Part shown: piece by piece, positions 8,503 to 18,412 of the stretch
How positions within the stretch are numbered: the first letter of the stretch is position 1
How the letters are laid out: each line of letters opens with the position of its first letter
Source of the DNA: Ferroglobus placidus DSM 10642
Lineage (GTDB): Archaea; Halobacteriota; Archaeoglobi; Archaeoglobales; Archaeoglobaceae
Reading direction: 5' to 3'
Assembly: GCF_000025505.1 (NCBI RefSeq)
Contig: NC_013849.1
Coordinates: 930,001 to 962,000, forward strand
Length of the DNA stretch: 32,000 nucleotides
Notes under the pieces: model-generated
The model's input: only the letters and a program-made list of their open reading frames with translations
Told to the model about the DNA's origin: nothing
Database searches by the model: none
Translations under genes and position numbers: made by a program

Positions 8503-9119
8503 GGTGATATGTTTGAAATGACACTTTTTAAACATTACCACAGTTGAAAGAGCTTCTTTGATAAGATCTTTTGCGATCGCTTAAACATCCAACAACCTTT
8601 GCGGTCTTCACAAAACATCGAGTTTCTCCTTTGCGGTTTTAAGCAATTTCAAGCTTTTAACACACACGAAGGTTCCAAAAACTACTAAAAAGTGAGTGCT
8701 ATTTTTCCGGAAATCCCGAGTTACTATGGAGTAAAGAAGACACCAACCTCCGATGAAGATTTTAAGAGAGTTGATTTTCTCGAAGTCGTTGAGACTGACT
8801 AATTGTTTTGAAAGACAGAAAATTAATTCGCTAGAGTTTAAAGATTTCAGCTCAACCCTCTCATAATTGTATTCAGTTACTTACCCTAACGGTTAGAAAT
8901 TGAGTTAAAGGAGTTAAAGAAAAATTAGAGCTGTCTTAAGACGAAAGTGATCTAAGTTTCACTGGTAATGCACGAGAAACTCATTGATCTTTCGAGTAAA
9001 CTTAAAGAGAAGTTCTCAGTCTTGGAAAGGACTCCAAAACTCACAGAGGAGTAATATACTCGGTATGGGAGAACACGAGAGATTCGAAACTAAGCAAAGA
9101 CGCTTGCTCGAAGCTGAGC

Positions 9120-9212
9120 AGAGTATATGGTTTATATGTCGACTGAATTCACCTGGAAGTTTAATAACAGAGATGCCACAAAGTTCACAGATTCATTTAA
9201 AAAGTTTTTCAA
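9120..9212 (+). pseudogene. Possible transposase C-terminal remnant
   Basis: Frame gives YMVYMSTEFTWKFNNRDATKFTDSFKKFF, reminiscent of the EF.WR.N.R C-terminal motif of IS1595/ISXO2-like transposases, with upstream in-frame stops. Confidence 0.3.
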
Positions 9213-9213
9213 A

Positions 9214-10017
9214 TTAAATTTTCTTATAAATTTTATCTCTTATGTCAACGACTTCAAATTTGTCTTTGAATTCTCCTGGCAGCGTTTCACTCTTACCAAT
9301 AATCAGATACCCTCCAGTCACGAGTGCATTGTAAAAGTCGTTAAACACCTTTAATTTTTGATCCTCGTTGAAGTATATCACTACATTCCTGCAAAATATA
9401 ACGTCAAAAAATCTCGATACTGGTGGCTCCGTTGTAAGATCGTGTCGTTTAAATCGGATATGCTTTTTAAGAAAGCCTTTAACCCTGAATTTCTCACCAT
9501 CTCTCTCAAAATACTTCTTTATCCACTCCTCTTTAAGATTTTTTAACTGTTGCTTTTCGTAAATGCCAACCCTACCTTTTTCCAATGAATCCTCGTCAAT
9601 GTCAGTAGCATAAATCGTAAAGTTCCAATTTTTTCCAAGAGTTTCATATATGCACATCGCTATCGTATACGGTTCTTCTCCATTAGCACAACCAGCACTC
9701 CAAATTCGTATTATATTACTTCTAACGTTCTCCTTTTTTCGTGCAATGTCTTTTAAAACAATATCCATGAATTTCTCAAAAGGAGTTACGTCCCGCATGA
9801 ATTCAGTTACGTTTATCGCAATCGTATTAATAAGCTTTTCGACCTCTTTTTTCCCGTTTTTTCTGAGAAACTTATAGTATTCCTCTAAATTCGTACAGCC
9901 CACGGATTTCATTCTGAGCTCAATTCTTCTCCTGATGTAACTTTCCCTATACTGTCCGAGATTTATCCCTGAGTGTTTAGCAACATAGTTTATTATGCTA
10001 TTAAACGTCAAATCCAT
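9214..10017 (-). CDS. cheR: Chemotaxis protein methyltransferase CheR
   Basis: 267 aa. IRIWSAGCANGEEPYTIAM, IYATDIDEDSLEKGRVGIY, RFFDVIFCRNVVIYF motifs; in che operon. Confidence 0.97.
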   Translation of the reverse strand: MDLTFNSIINYVAKHSGINLGQYRESYIRRRIELRMKSVGCTNLEEYYKFLRKNGKKEVEKLINTIAINVTEFMRDVTPFEKFMDIVLKDIARKKENVRSNIIRIWSAGCANGEEPYTIAMCIYETLGKNWNFTIYATDIDEDSLEKGRVGIYEKQQLKNLKEEWIKKYFERDGEKFRVKGFLKKHIRFKRHDLTTEPPVSRFFDVIFCRNVVIYFNEDQKLKVFNDFYNALVTGGYLIIGKSETLPGEFKDKFEVVDIRDKIYKKI

Positions 10018-10478
10018 ATCTTAACACCATTGCTATACTTTACTAACATTCTACCATCTTCAGTATAGAAAAAAACCGATCTCCCCGCAGTCCCACCCAC
10101 ATCTTTTGAGACTATTTTTATATTATTCTCTCCAAGAATTTCTTCAATCGCTCTCACATTCCTCTCCCCTATTTTTAAAGAGTTTGTCGTTATGTGTTTG
10201 AATACTTGCGCTCCACCAGCCATCTTGGCAACAATATTCTTCTTTTTTGCACCAAGTTTCAGCATCTCATTAAGCATAAGCTCTATAGCATAATCGGCAT
10301 ATTTTGGATTGGCGTTTTTCCCATTTGACCTCGGAAGCATGATGTGAGCAAGTCCTCCAACTTTTTCTATAGGATCGTATAAAGCTAAAGCTACACACGA
10401 TCCGAGACCAACCGTTTTTATTACTGACACACCCTTTACGACCTTGTAATCGCCTATCGCCACAGTATACTCTTTCAT
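10008..10478 (-). CDS. cheD: Chemoreceptor glutamine deamidase CheD
   Basis: 156 aa. TVGLGSCVALALYDP...GGLAHIMLP; NVVAKMAGGAQVF; in che operon. Confidence 0.96.
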   Translation of the reverse strand: MKEYTVAIGDYKVVKGVSVIKTVGLGSCVALALYDPIEKVGGLAHIMLPRSNGKNANPKYADYAIELMLNEMLKLGAKKKNIVAKMAGGAQVFKHITTNSLKIGERNVRAIEEILGENNIKIVSKDVGGTAGRSVFFYTEDGRMLVKYSNGVKIWI

Positions 10479-10496
10479 AATATCATCGCTTTCCCG

Positions 10497-11120
10497 TTAA
10501 CCTACCATCTCCAGTAGCTCCACAATGTAATTCAAAAAGCTCTCGCTCGGTATTAACATTAAAATTATATCGATAACACTTTGCTCGTCTTTTAGTTCGG
10601 TTTCAAATATTATTATGCTGTCAGATCTTTCTGCAAGTTTTGCGATAAGAGCGTCTATAACCGCTATTGAATAGTCTTCAGCGTAGTTTGGAGGAGTAGG
10701 AATAAGGACAGTATTCAGCATTGTTGCTATCGCATCACAAAAGTGAGATGCTAGTATGTTCGATATTTCCATAACAACCGATTCAACCATGCTTTTATCA
10801 CTCGTGTCTCCCACAAGAATTTCAGCAATTTTGTTCGAAGTTTCGCTAGGAAACACCAAGTACAAATACCCTGGGGTGTTGTTTTCAAGGTCGTTTAGCC
10901 CAACCACAGTACCAACGATAACTTCGTCTGGCTTGATATATTCTCCTATCTCGTTAAGCTTGGCAATGATAACTCTCGGTACGCTTATCTCTATCGTCTT
11001 ACCGAGAAGTTGCGACAAAGCCGTTGAGGCGTTTCCCACACCTACATTCCCTACTTCTCTCAAAACGTCAAGCTCTTCTGGTGTCAAATTATCAAACCCT
11101 TTCACACTATCACCCCTCAA
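10497..11120 (-). CDS. cheC: Chemotaxis protein CheC (CheY-P phosphatase family)
   Basis: 207 aa. LTPEELDVLREVGNVGVGNASTALSQLLGK and ESVVMEISNILASHFCDAIATML motifs. Confidence 0.95.
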   Translation of the reverse strand: MRGDSVKGFDNLTPEELDVLREVGNVGVGNASTALSQLLGKTIEISVPRVIIAKLNEIGEYIKPDEVIVGTVVGLNDLENNTPGYLYLVFPSETSNKIAEILVGDTSDKSMVESVVMEISNILASHFCDAIATMLNTVLIPTPPNYAEDYSIAVIDALIAKLAERSDSIIIFETELKDEQSVIDIILMLIPSESFLNYIVELLEMVG

Positions 11121-13110
11121 TTATCGTAAACACATCAATAATCGGTACAACCCTCCCGTCTCCCAATATTGTAACTCCGTTGAATCCTTTAATTTTAGCT
11201 AAGTAGCCATAAAGCGGTTTGATAACAATCTCCTGCAAATCCGCTATAGCATCGGCTACAAGCATAAACTGCTCGTTCTCCTTTTCCACGATAATCCCTA
11301 CCTCTTTCTCCGGTTTTGTTCCGTTTACACCAAACAGTTGTCTCAACCTAAACACTGGTATGAGCTTACCTCTGACTAAACTAAACTCTGATCCATGAAT
11401 ATTCTCCACATCTGAATCAGTGAGGTAAATCGCTCCAACAACGTTGGAGATCGGTATCGCATAAATCTCAGATCCGACCTTGATCAACAACGATTTTATT
11501 ATCGCAACAGTCGGTGGTAGTTGTATTCTTATTTTAGTACCTTTATCCTTCTCTGAGTAAAGTTTAACCGTTCCACCAAGCTTTTCTACCGTTGTTTTAA
11601 CGACATCCATTCCAACTCCTCTTCCTGAAACTTCTGTTGGCTGTTCTTTGGTTGAAAATCCAGGCATGAAAATTAGCATCTTTAATTCCTCTTCAGACAT
11701 CTTTTCCGCTTCTTCTCTGGAAATTAATCCCCTTTCGATTGCTTTCTCTTTAACTTTTTCTGGATCTATACCTTTTCCGTCATCCTCTATCTCTATAATC
11801 ACGTTATTTTTGTCTCTCCAAGCAGAAATTTTGATTTTTCCAACCCTGCTTTTACCCTTCGCAACTCTCTCCTCTGGTGTTTCAATTCCATGATCTACAC
11901 AATTTCGAACAATATGTATAAGCGGATCATTCATTTGTTCGAGAACGCTCCTATCAAGCTCAGTATCCAATCCTTCCATTTCAAGTTCAACTTCCTTACC
12001 CAGTTTTCTCGAAAGGTCTCTCACCATTCTTGGGAATTTACTAAATACTTTCTCAATTTTCTCCATCCTAACCTGCATCACTTCATCCTGCAAACTTGAA
12101 ACAATTTTGTCGAGAATCGAAACTGCTTCAGCTAACTCAGGGATGTCGTAATCCGTGGATATCTTGAGGAGTCTTCCTTTATTTATAACAAGCTCCCCTA
12201 CCAGATTCATAATTTTATCGAGTTGAACGGTGCTAATTTTTATAAATTCCACTTTCTTTTCGGGTTTTGCATTTTTCGACAAAGCATCCTGATTAACTTT
12301 GATTATTTTTTGAGAATCTACTTTATCAGTCCTTTGTTCTTCTTCAACTTTTTCATCCTTTTTCTTCGATTTTTTGACTTTTTTAGGAGCCTTTTTAGCT
12401 CTCTTCTCCTTCTCAATCTTCTGAATGTTGTACTTCTCAATCTCACTATCTTTCGAAAGAACTGTTTCAACTTTTTCAATATTATCTGTATTCATGTAAA
12501 TAATAAATTTACCATCGAAATTTTCTTTTTCCATTTCTTCCTCACTTGGAATGATTTTAACGATCTTGCCAAACTCCTTCAACGTTTCTATAACCACTAA
12601 AGCTCTCACAGACTTCATTGGTGTCTCTTCAGCTAACTGCACCTCTACTTTAAATCCTGCATTTATTTCACTTTCTTCTTCATCCGGCAATTGCTTATCC
12701 CTTATATCATCTGCTTTTTCCTTACGTTTTTCAGAGTCAATGATAGCTCTGAGATTTACAATTACATCATCTATATCTTTTTCATCTGTATCACTACTTT
12801 CAACCAAATCTATTAATTCCTGCAAAGTGTCCACAGAATTCAAAAGAACGTCAACAAGATCGCTCGAAATTTCTATTTTACCATCTTTAATAGCTCCCAA
12901 AACTGCTTCCAGAACATGACAGAGTTCCTCTATTTTTTTATATCCCATAAAGCCTGCCATTCCTTTTATCGTGTGTACGGCTCTGAAAATCTCGTTAACC
13001 GATTGCAAGTCCCCCTTTTCCAGTTTGATAAATTCCAAATTTATGTTCTCAATATACTCTCTTGCCTCCTGTAAAAATTCTTCTTTAAAATTTTCAATGT
13101 CATCCACCAT
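11110..13110 (-). CDS. cheA: Chemotaxis histidine kinase CheA
   Basis: 666 aa. HPT motif FRAVHTIKGMAGFMG, dimerisation region LDKIMNLVGELVINKGRL, ATPase HIVRNCVDHGIE..., FMPGFSTKEQPTEVSGRGVGMDVVK, CheW-like C-terminus. Confidence 0.98.
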   Translation of the reverse strand: MVDDIENFKEEFLQEAREYIENINLEFIKLEKGDLQSVNEIFRAVHTIKGMAGFMGYKKIEELCHVLEAVLGAIKDGKIEISSDLVDVLLNSVDTLQELIDLVESSDTDEKDIDDVIVNLRAIIDSEKRKEKADDIRDKQLPDEEESEINAGFKVEVQLAEETPMKSVRALVVIETLKEFGKIVKIIPSEEEMEKENFDGKFIIYMNTDNIEKVETVLSKDSEIEKYNIQKIEKEKRAKKAPKKVKKSKKKDEKVEEEQRTDKVDSQKIIKVNQDALSKNAKPEKKVEFIKISTVQLDKIMNLVGELVINKGRLLKISTDYDIPELAEAVSILDKIVSSLQDEVMQVRMEKIEKVFSKFPRMVRDLSRKLGKEVELEMEGLDTELDRSVLEQMNDPLIHIVRNCVDHGIETPEERVAKGKSRVGKIKISAWRDKNNVIIEIEDDGKGIDPEKVKEKAIERGLISREEAEKMSEEELKMLIFMPGFSTKEQPTEVSGRGVGMDVVKTTVEKLGGTVKLYSEKDKGTKIRIQLPPTVAIIKSLLIKVGSEIYAIPISNVVGAIYLTDSDVENIHGSEFSLVRGKLIPVFRLRQLFGVNGTKPEKEVGIIVEKENEQFMLVADAIADLQEIVIKPLYGYLAKIKGFNGVTILGDGRVVPIIDVFTIIEG

Positions 13111-14146
13111 AAAGCTTCACCTCAAGCTGCTTAATTATCTCCTCTGCAATTTCATGCAAGGGTTTGACAATAGAAGCTGCTCCGATTTCTATTGCTGCTT
13201 TAGGCATTCCAAAAACCACGCTAGTGTCTTCGCTACATGCTATTACATAACCACCTAAATCTCTAATCTCTTTTAGACCCACAGCTCCGTCTTCACCCAT
13301 TCCTGTGAGAATCACACCAATTACGTCTCCTCCATACACCTTTGCCAAATACTTCGCAGTAACGTCGACAGAAGGTTTAACTCCGTTAACTGGTTCCCCG
13401 TCTATAATTTTTATTCTCACAACGTTTAAAGCTCTCCTAACACCCAGGTGGTAGCCGCCAGGGGCTATATAAACCACTCCATCTCTTACTTTCTCATTGT
13501 TCTCAGCCTCCTTAACTTTGATTTCTGATATGCTGTTCAGCCGTTCCGCAAGCTGTTTTGTGAAATTCGGTGGCATGTGTTGAACAACAAAAACTGGAGC
13601 AGGCAAATCTCCGGGCAACCTCGGAATTATCATTTCCAAAGCAGACGGTCCTCCCGTAGAGGAGCCTATAAGAACTGCGACATCTTTTTCTTTTTCTTTC
13701 CATTTTGCTCTAATCACTCCTTTGCTTATATCTTTGAGATTCCTAAGCCTGATAAGATTTGGCGAAGCTCTACTAATAGCTTTTATTTTCCCTATAATTT
13801 CTTTTTTGATATCTGCAATATCAAACAGCGTGCTATCAGGCTTGGGAATGAAGTCCACAGCACCTAATTTCAAAGCAGTTATTGTTTCTTCAGCACCCTT
13901 CTTTGTATATGCACTGAACATTATCACCGGCGTTGGTTTTTTATTCATTATTTCCTTAAGAGCAGTTAGTCCGTCCATCACCGGCATGTTAACGTCCAGT
14001 AGTATCACATCCGGATTGTGCTTCAGTGTCTTTTCTATAGCATCTTTTCCGTTTTTGGCGGTAATAACTTCAAATCCCTCTTCGACCAGCAAATTTGAAA
14101 CGGCAGTTCTAACCAGTGCTGAGTCATCAACAACAAGTACCTTCAT
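13100..14146 (-). CDS. cheB: Protein-glutamate methylesterase CheB (receiver + esterase)
   Basis: 348 aa. MKVLVVDDSALVRTAVSNLL...DVILLDVNMPVMDG; LIGSSTGGPSALEMIIPRLP; VVQHMPPNFTKQLAERL; ILTGMGEDGAVGLKEI. Confidence 0.98.
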   Translation of the reverse strand: MKVLVVDDSALVRTAVSNLLVEEGFEVITAKNGKDAIEKTLKHNPDVILLDVNMPVMDGLTALKEIMNKKPTPVIMFSAYTKKGAEETITALKLGAVDFIPKPDSTLFDIADIKKEIIGKIKAISRASPNLIRLRNLKDISKGVIRAKWKEKEKDVAVLIGSSTGGPSALEMIIPRLPGDLPAPVFVVQHMPPNFTKQLAERLNSISEIKVKEAENNEKVRDGVVYIAPGGYHLGVRRALNVVRIKIIDGEPVNGVKPSVDVTAKYLAKVYGGDVIGVILTGMGEDGAVGLKEIRDLGGYVIACSEDTSVVFGMPKAAIEIGAASIVKPLHEIAEEIIKQLEVKLYGG

Positions 14147-14505
14147 AGCTCAGCAACCCTCTTCAATTCTTCAATAACCTTGGATGCTTGGAAAGGTTTG
14201 ACTATGTAGCCCTTAGCACCCAGTTTGATAGCAGTTTTGACCATTTGCTCCTGTCCCACAGCCGTGCACATCACCACTTTTGCATTGGGGTCTATTTTCC
14301 TAATTTCTTTTAACGCCTCTATTCCATTCATTTCTGGCATAACGATGTCCATTGTCACAATATCCGGTTTTAATTGCTTGTACAACTCTACCGCTTGTTT
14401 TCCATTCTCGGCTTCCCCAGCAATATCGAATCCTCCCGTAAAGAGTATATTCTTCAACAACTTTCTCATAAATGCCGCATCGTCCACAATCAAAACCCTC
14501 ACCAT
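14143..14505 (-). CDS. cheY: Chemotaxis response regulator CheY
   Basis: 120 aa single receiver domain: VRVLIVDDAAFMRKLLKNIL...DIVTMDIVMPEMNGIEAL...VMCTAVGQEQMVKTAIKLGAKGYIVKPF. Confidence 0.97.
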   Translation of the reverse strand: MVRVLIVDDAAFMRKLLKNILFTGGFDIAGEAENGKQAVELYKQLKPDIVTMDIVMPEMNGIEALKEIRKIDPNAKVVMCTAVGQEQMVKTAIKLGAKGYIVKPFQASKVIEELKRVAEL

Positions 14506-14510
14506 CTACC

Positions 14511-15320
14511 TCACCTCACAGCTTTTTTCATAATATCATCAACAAAACTAACACCTCTTGGCGTTAACTCCACTTCCTTTCTTATTTTAACAAGCCTTGC
14601 AAGACCTAAATTTATTAGCTTGTCATATATTTTGTTCAGCTCTTCTGTGCTTATTCCAAGAATCGATTCAATGCTGGATGAGTCTACACCAGAGTATATC
14701 ATTGTAAGAACCTGCTCCTCTATTTCCGACAGTTTTTCTTTTGGTTTTTGCTGCTCTATTAGCTGATTGATATACTGCTCAAGCATCTCAAGCGTTGTTT
14801 CCGGGCAGAGAACATAGCTTACTATGACTTCGTTGTTGTCAACATGTGTTAATTTCAAAACAACGCGTTGCTTTCCCCCAACAGACCTCTTTTCCTTTCC
14901 AACAGATCCCAAATATTCAAGAGCTATCCTAACCTGTTTGTTAGGAGAAAGAAACCATAAAGCGTTTTCAGTTATTGCGAGATACCCTTTTTCCCATTTT
15001 GCATTGCTAACGATAACACCCCCCCTGATAGCTGGAGAGATAAAATACACAGCAAACTTGTCAGCTTTTAGATTGAACGCCAGAAATCTAAACACCTGTT
15101 TTTGATATTTGCCAAAGTTTATGTAGTACTCACTATCAGCGAGAATTTTTACCGCCTCTTGGTCATTAAGGTAGGAATATTCTAAATCCCTTATCTGTTT
15201 AAACTGAATTTCTTTCTTACCAAGCTGGATGTAACTTGAATATATTGCAGCTTCGGTTTTAATCCAGTTTCCCCCCTCAAAAACTTCTACTGGAACTTTG
15301 AGCAGAAGTTTTTCAGACAT
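14511..15320 (-). CDS. cheF: CheF-like chemotaxis/archaellum adaptor (DUF439 family)
   Basis: 269 aa. Position between cheY and cheW in an archaeal che operon; N-terminal PH-like region and C-terminal wHTH-like part (LSEIEEQVLTMIYSGVDSSSIESILGISTEELNKIYDKLINLGLARLV). Confidence 0.82.
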   Translation of the reverse strand: MSEKLLLKVPVEVFEGGNWIKTEAAIYSSYIQLGKKEIQFKQIRDLEYSYLNDQEAVKILADSEYYINFGKYQKQVFRFLAFNLKADKFAVYFISPAIRGGVIVSNAKWEKGYLAITENALWFLSPNKQVRIALEYLGSVGKEKRSVGGKQRVVLKLTHVDNNEVIVSYVLCPETTLEMLEQYINQLIEQQKPKEKLSEIEEQVLTMIYSGVDSSSIESILGISTEELNKIYDKLINLGLARLVKIRKEVELTPRGVSFVDDIMKKAVR

Positions 15321-15798
15321 GCTTGCTCAGCCTTTCGTATTCCTCCTCATTGAGTACTTTATTTAGGTCAATTAGAATTAACAACCCATCTGGCAACTTT
15401 CCGATACCTTTTAGGAATTTTGCTTCGCTTTTGGCGGTTATAACCGGTGGCAACTCCTCTATGTCAGATTTGGACAGGTATTTAACTTCAGTCACATTGT
15501 CAACCATCATCCCGATAACAGCCCCATCATGTTCAACCACGATTATTCTTGTGTTCTGATCTATCGGCTTAGGCTCTAAATTGAACCTCTTTCTCAAGTT
15601 GATTATTGTCGTTATCTGTCCTCTCAAATTTATTACGCCCTCCACGAACTCGGGGGCATTTGGAATTCTGGTAATCTCCGTAGGTTTGATAATTTCTCTC
15701 ACTTGAGATATGTCTACTCCATACCTCTCATCCCCCAAATTAAAAACTATAACCTGCACGATATCCCCATCCCTTATCGTATTCGACATTCCAACCAC
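15313..15798 (-). CDS. cheW: Chemotaxis coupling protein CheW
   Basis: 161 aa. IVFNLGDERYGVDISQVREIIKPTEITRIPNAPEFVEGVINLRGQITTIINLRKRF. Confidence 0.97.
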   Translation of the reverse strand: MVGMSNTIRDGDIVQVIVFNLGDERYGVDISQVREIIKPTEITRIPNAPEFVEGVINLRGQITTIINLRKRFNLEPKPIDQNTRIIVVEHDGAVIGMMVDNVTEVKYLSKSDIEELPPVITAKSEAKFLKGIGKLPDGLLILIDLNKVLNEEEYERLSKHV

Positions 15799-15809
15799 CT
15801 CCTAAATAT

Positions 15810-16958
15810 TTAATTTAAATTGTTTATATCAAAATTATTAAATTTTTTTGATTTAAATGTTTCTATTAATTTATTGTAGGTAAACTCTGATACATTCTTT
15901 ATCAACTCCACAGCATTGCTAATTTGATTGATTGCTGCTGTTTGTTCTTCAATTGCTGCAGAAGTTTCTTCACTGCTAGCAGCATTTTCCTCAGCCGTTG
16001 ACGCAACTTCCTCAAAGTTCTTAGATAAAATTTCAATTCTTTCTAATCCCTCTTTTGCAACATTTGTCAGATTCTCAAACATTTTCGCCAAATCCATAAC
16101 GGATTTGGCAATATTTCTGGACATTTCCAGAGCTTGCGTAATATTGCTGCTACCTTCAACACTTATTTCACTAACAGATTTCGTTGCATCGATAACTTTC
16201 CGAGTTTCTTCCCGAACTCTTTCAACAATTTCACTTATTTCGTCGGTACTTTTTCTCGACTCCTCTGCAAGCTTTCTTACTTCATCTGCAACAACGGCAA
16301 AACCCCTCCCATGCTCCCCAGCCCTCGCAGCTTCAATAGCAGCATTCAAAGCAAGCAAATTGGTCTGATCAGCTATAGACTTAATCCTCTCCGTAACTTT
16401 GCCTATATTCTTAACAGTCTCATTAAGCTCTTCCACAAGCTTCCCGGCAACATCAATTTCATTCATCATCTCTTCAAGTTTCGATAATGCAAAAGATCCA
16501 ACTTCTCTTGATTTATTGGCATATTCTAATGCGTTATTGGCATAGCTGCTTGCTTCAGATATGTTCTCATCCAGCTTGTTAAACATCTTCATAGTTTCCT
16601 TAACAAGCGCATTTGAATTACTTGCCAGCCTAGAAAGGTTTTCTGCACCATTCGCTATTTGCTGTGATGCAGAGCTAATTTGTTGCATTCCAGCATTAAG
16701 CTGATTCAACGCTTCCATATTCTCTCTAGCCATCTTCTCAGTCTCACTCATTACATTCAAAACTTCCCCAAGGGATGTACTCAGATCCTCAGCCAGTTTA
16801 CTAACTAAATTAAAGAGTCTTGAATATTTAGGGTCTTTCGCACCATCCAGTTGTATGTCCCAGTTCCCTGAAAGAATTTCTTCAATCGCTCTTTCAAGTT
16901 TTGCAACGTCCGAATCTACAAAAACTCCACTACTCTCAGAAGATGAACCATCGCCCAT
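15810..16958 (-). CDS. Methyl-accepting chemotaxis protein, apparently cytoplasmic (no TM segments); ORF track extends to 17036
   Basis: Signalling hairpin [60 protein letters not shown] at 16958 preceded by GGGGGTG. No hydrophobic TM stretch. Confidence 0.95.
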   Translation of the reverse strand: MGDGSSSESSGVFVDSDVAKLERAIEEILSGNWDIQLDGAKDPKYSRLFNLVSKLAEDLSTSLGEVLNVMSETEKMARENMEALNQLNAGMQQISSASQQIANGAENLSRLASNSNALVKETMKMFNKLDENISEASSYANNALEYANKSREVGSFALSKLEEMMNEIDVAGKLVEELNETVKNIGKVTERIKSIADQTNLLALNAAIEAARAGEHGRGFAVVADEVRKLAEESRKSTDEISEIVERVREETRKVIDATKSVSEISVEGSSNITQALEMSRNIAKSVMDLAKMFENLTNVAKEGLERIEILSKNFEEVASTAEENAASSEETSAAIEEQTAAINQISNAVELIKNVSEFTYNKLIETFKSKKFNNFDINNLN

Positions 16959-17102
16959 TCTTACACCCCCTAAAATTTTCACAAACTTTTGACACTTTGT
17001 TTTATATATTATTTGTTTCCAAGATAAAAATTTCAATTTTGTAATTTCCTATTCGTAAATTTTCACAACCGCAAAATCGCAAAAGATCACCACTAATTCC
17101 AT

Positions 17103-17357
17103 TTAGATCGAGTCATATAGCTGTAGAAGAAGCTCCAATATCCTTTCACCTTTCTTAGTTAAATAATATTTATTGTTACCATCTTTAGCTAAGATGTCAA
17201 GGGACATAAGATCTTTCAGCAATTTGTTTAATACACTAGGACTTAATTCGGATTTAAACATAATTTCCGTGAATCTGGCTGGTTGATTCGCCAATATACA
17301 TAGAATTTTAAAGGAGCCATAGTGTGTAACGGACTTGTACATCTTTACTTTCTCCAT
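17103..17357 (-). CDS. Small winged-HTH transcriptional regulator
   Basis: 84 aa. THYGSFKILCILANQPARFTEIMFKSELSPSVLNKLLKDLMSLDILAKDGNNKYYLTKKGERILELL. Confidence 0.75.
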   Translation of the reverse strand: MEKVKMYKSVTHYGSFKILCILANQPARFTEIMFKSELSPSVLNKLLKDLMSLDILAKDGNNKYYLTKKGERILELLLQLYDSI

Positions 17358-17865
17358 CTAGAACAATTACTTAATGTAATACATAATAAACTTACTGCTC
17401 GAATTTTATGAGTCTTCACTTTTTTATAACAATTTGTATCACCTACAAAAAAGTTGTATCCTGAGATTCTTCCATTATCACAAGTAACTCCCTTTGAAGA
17501 GATATCTTCCTCAGAATTTCGAACTCCACAAACGTTTTTCAAATAATATGGAGCTTTTGAATTTTTCAATCTTCTACCACACAACAAGAGTGAGATTTTT
17601 TAAAATCAAAGTCTATTAACGGAGATCTCTTATTTGATTCCCAAAATACGTGATCGTTGCTGCTAAGTCCTTTTTTAATTTTTTAATTACATTCTAAAAA
17701 ATATAACTTGATAAAAAGTCATTCAGTTTAATCTCTCCTTAACACATAATCCAAAATCTCGCAGGAAACGTATTCGTAAAACTCGAAATACACTTGGCTG
17801 ACGGGGAAATTTTTGAGTACTACAAGAAAAATGCAAAAAAAGCTCGTGGAAGTTTAGATAAAAAA

Positions 17866-18285
17866 TTAAGTTTCCTTCGCCATAATGTAAACTGTGTACT
17901 CTCCCGCCTCAGCGTTTTTATCAGCGGTAACGTGAACGTTTATCGTGACGTTGGTTGGGCTATCCTGAGTTCCCGCCGGGATCAAAAGCTTATTTCCAGA
18001 ATTTATCTTATTCCCGTAGATGTCGTGCACTTCAACGTCCACAGCCTCAGGATCGGGTCCTTCCACGACGAATTCGAAGTAAACCTCTTTTCCGCTTCCG
18101 TAGTTCGTAATTTCAATTTCTTTTATGTAAGTAGTTCCAGTTTTCAGCTCCGCAGTAAATGATTGCTGGCTGAGTTCCAAATCCGCTTTGCTCACCTCTA
18201 CGTCTCCCTTTATCGTGAAGTGATACACCGCTCCGGCAACCACTCCTATCAGGAAGAGAGACAGCAAAGCTCCTACCTTCCTCAT
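17866..18285 (-). CDS. Small exported/membrane-anchored protein with beta-sandwich domain (ORF track extends to 18453)
   Basis: 139 aa from the ATG at 18285: MRKVGALLSLFLIGVVAGAVYHF signal/anchor, then ...IKEIEITNYGSGKEVYFEFVVEGPDPEAVDVEVHD...GTQDSPTNVTINVHVTADKNAEAGEYTVYI. Confidence 0.75.
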   Translation of the reverse strand: MRKVGALLSLFLIGVVAGAVYHFTIKGDVEVSKADLELSQQSFTAELKTGTTYIKEIEITNYGSGKEVYFEFVVEGPDPEAVDVEVHDIYGNKINSGNKLLIPAGTQDSPTNVTINVHVTADKNAEAGEYTVYIMAKET

Positions 18286-18412
18286 GCCTTGCCGAAAACA
18301 ACGGAATAATATAAATTTTTCTATTTCTAAAAGTCTAAAATCTTTGGAATAGTCCAAAATTGTTAGACTTCCTCCAGCGACAAAAAACGTTAATAGAATT
18401 AAATCGCTTGCA

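Noticed and set aside
8984-9217. 77-aa ORF near the end of cheR
   Set aside because: The listed frame is implausible; another frame shows a weak transposase-like tail, so the region is treated as degraded DNA.
10756-11202. Long plus-strand ORFs antisense to cheC/cheA/cheB/mcp (10756-11202, 11648-11893, 12551-12919, 13722-14177, 15928-16368)
   Set aside because: Each lies opposite an unambiguous chemotaxis gene and has typical shadow composition.
17345-17587. 80-aa minus-strand ORF upstream of the wHTH gene
   Set aside because: No convincing start/RBS, odd composition, and no recognisable family; overlaps the wHTH gene start. Possibly non-coding leader sequence.
17794-18162. 122-aa plus-strand ORF starting in the stretch before the exported protein gene
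   Set aside because: Mostly antisense to the better supported exported protein at 17866-18285; only its first part looks protein-like and is listed as a low-interest finding.
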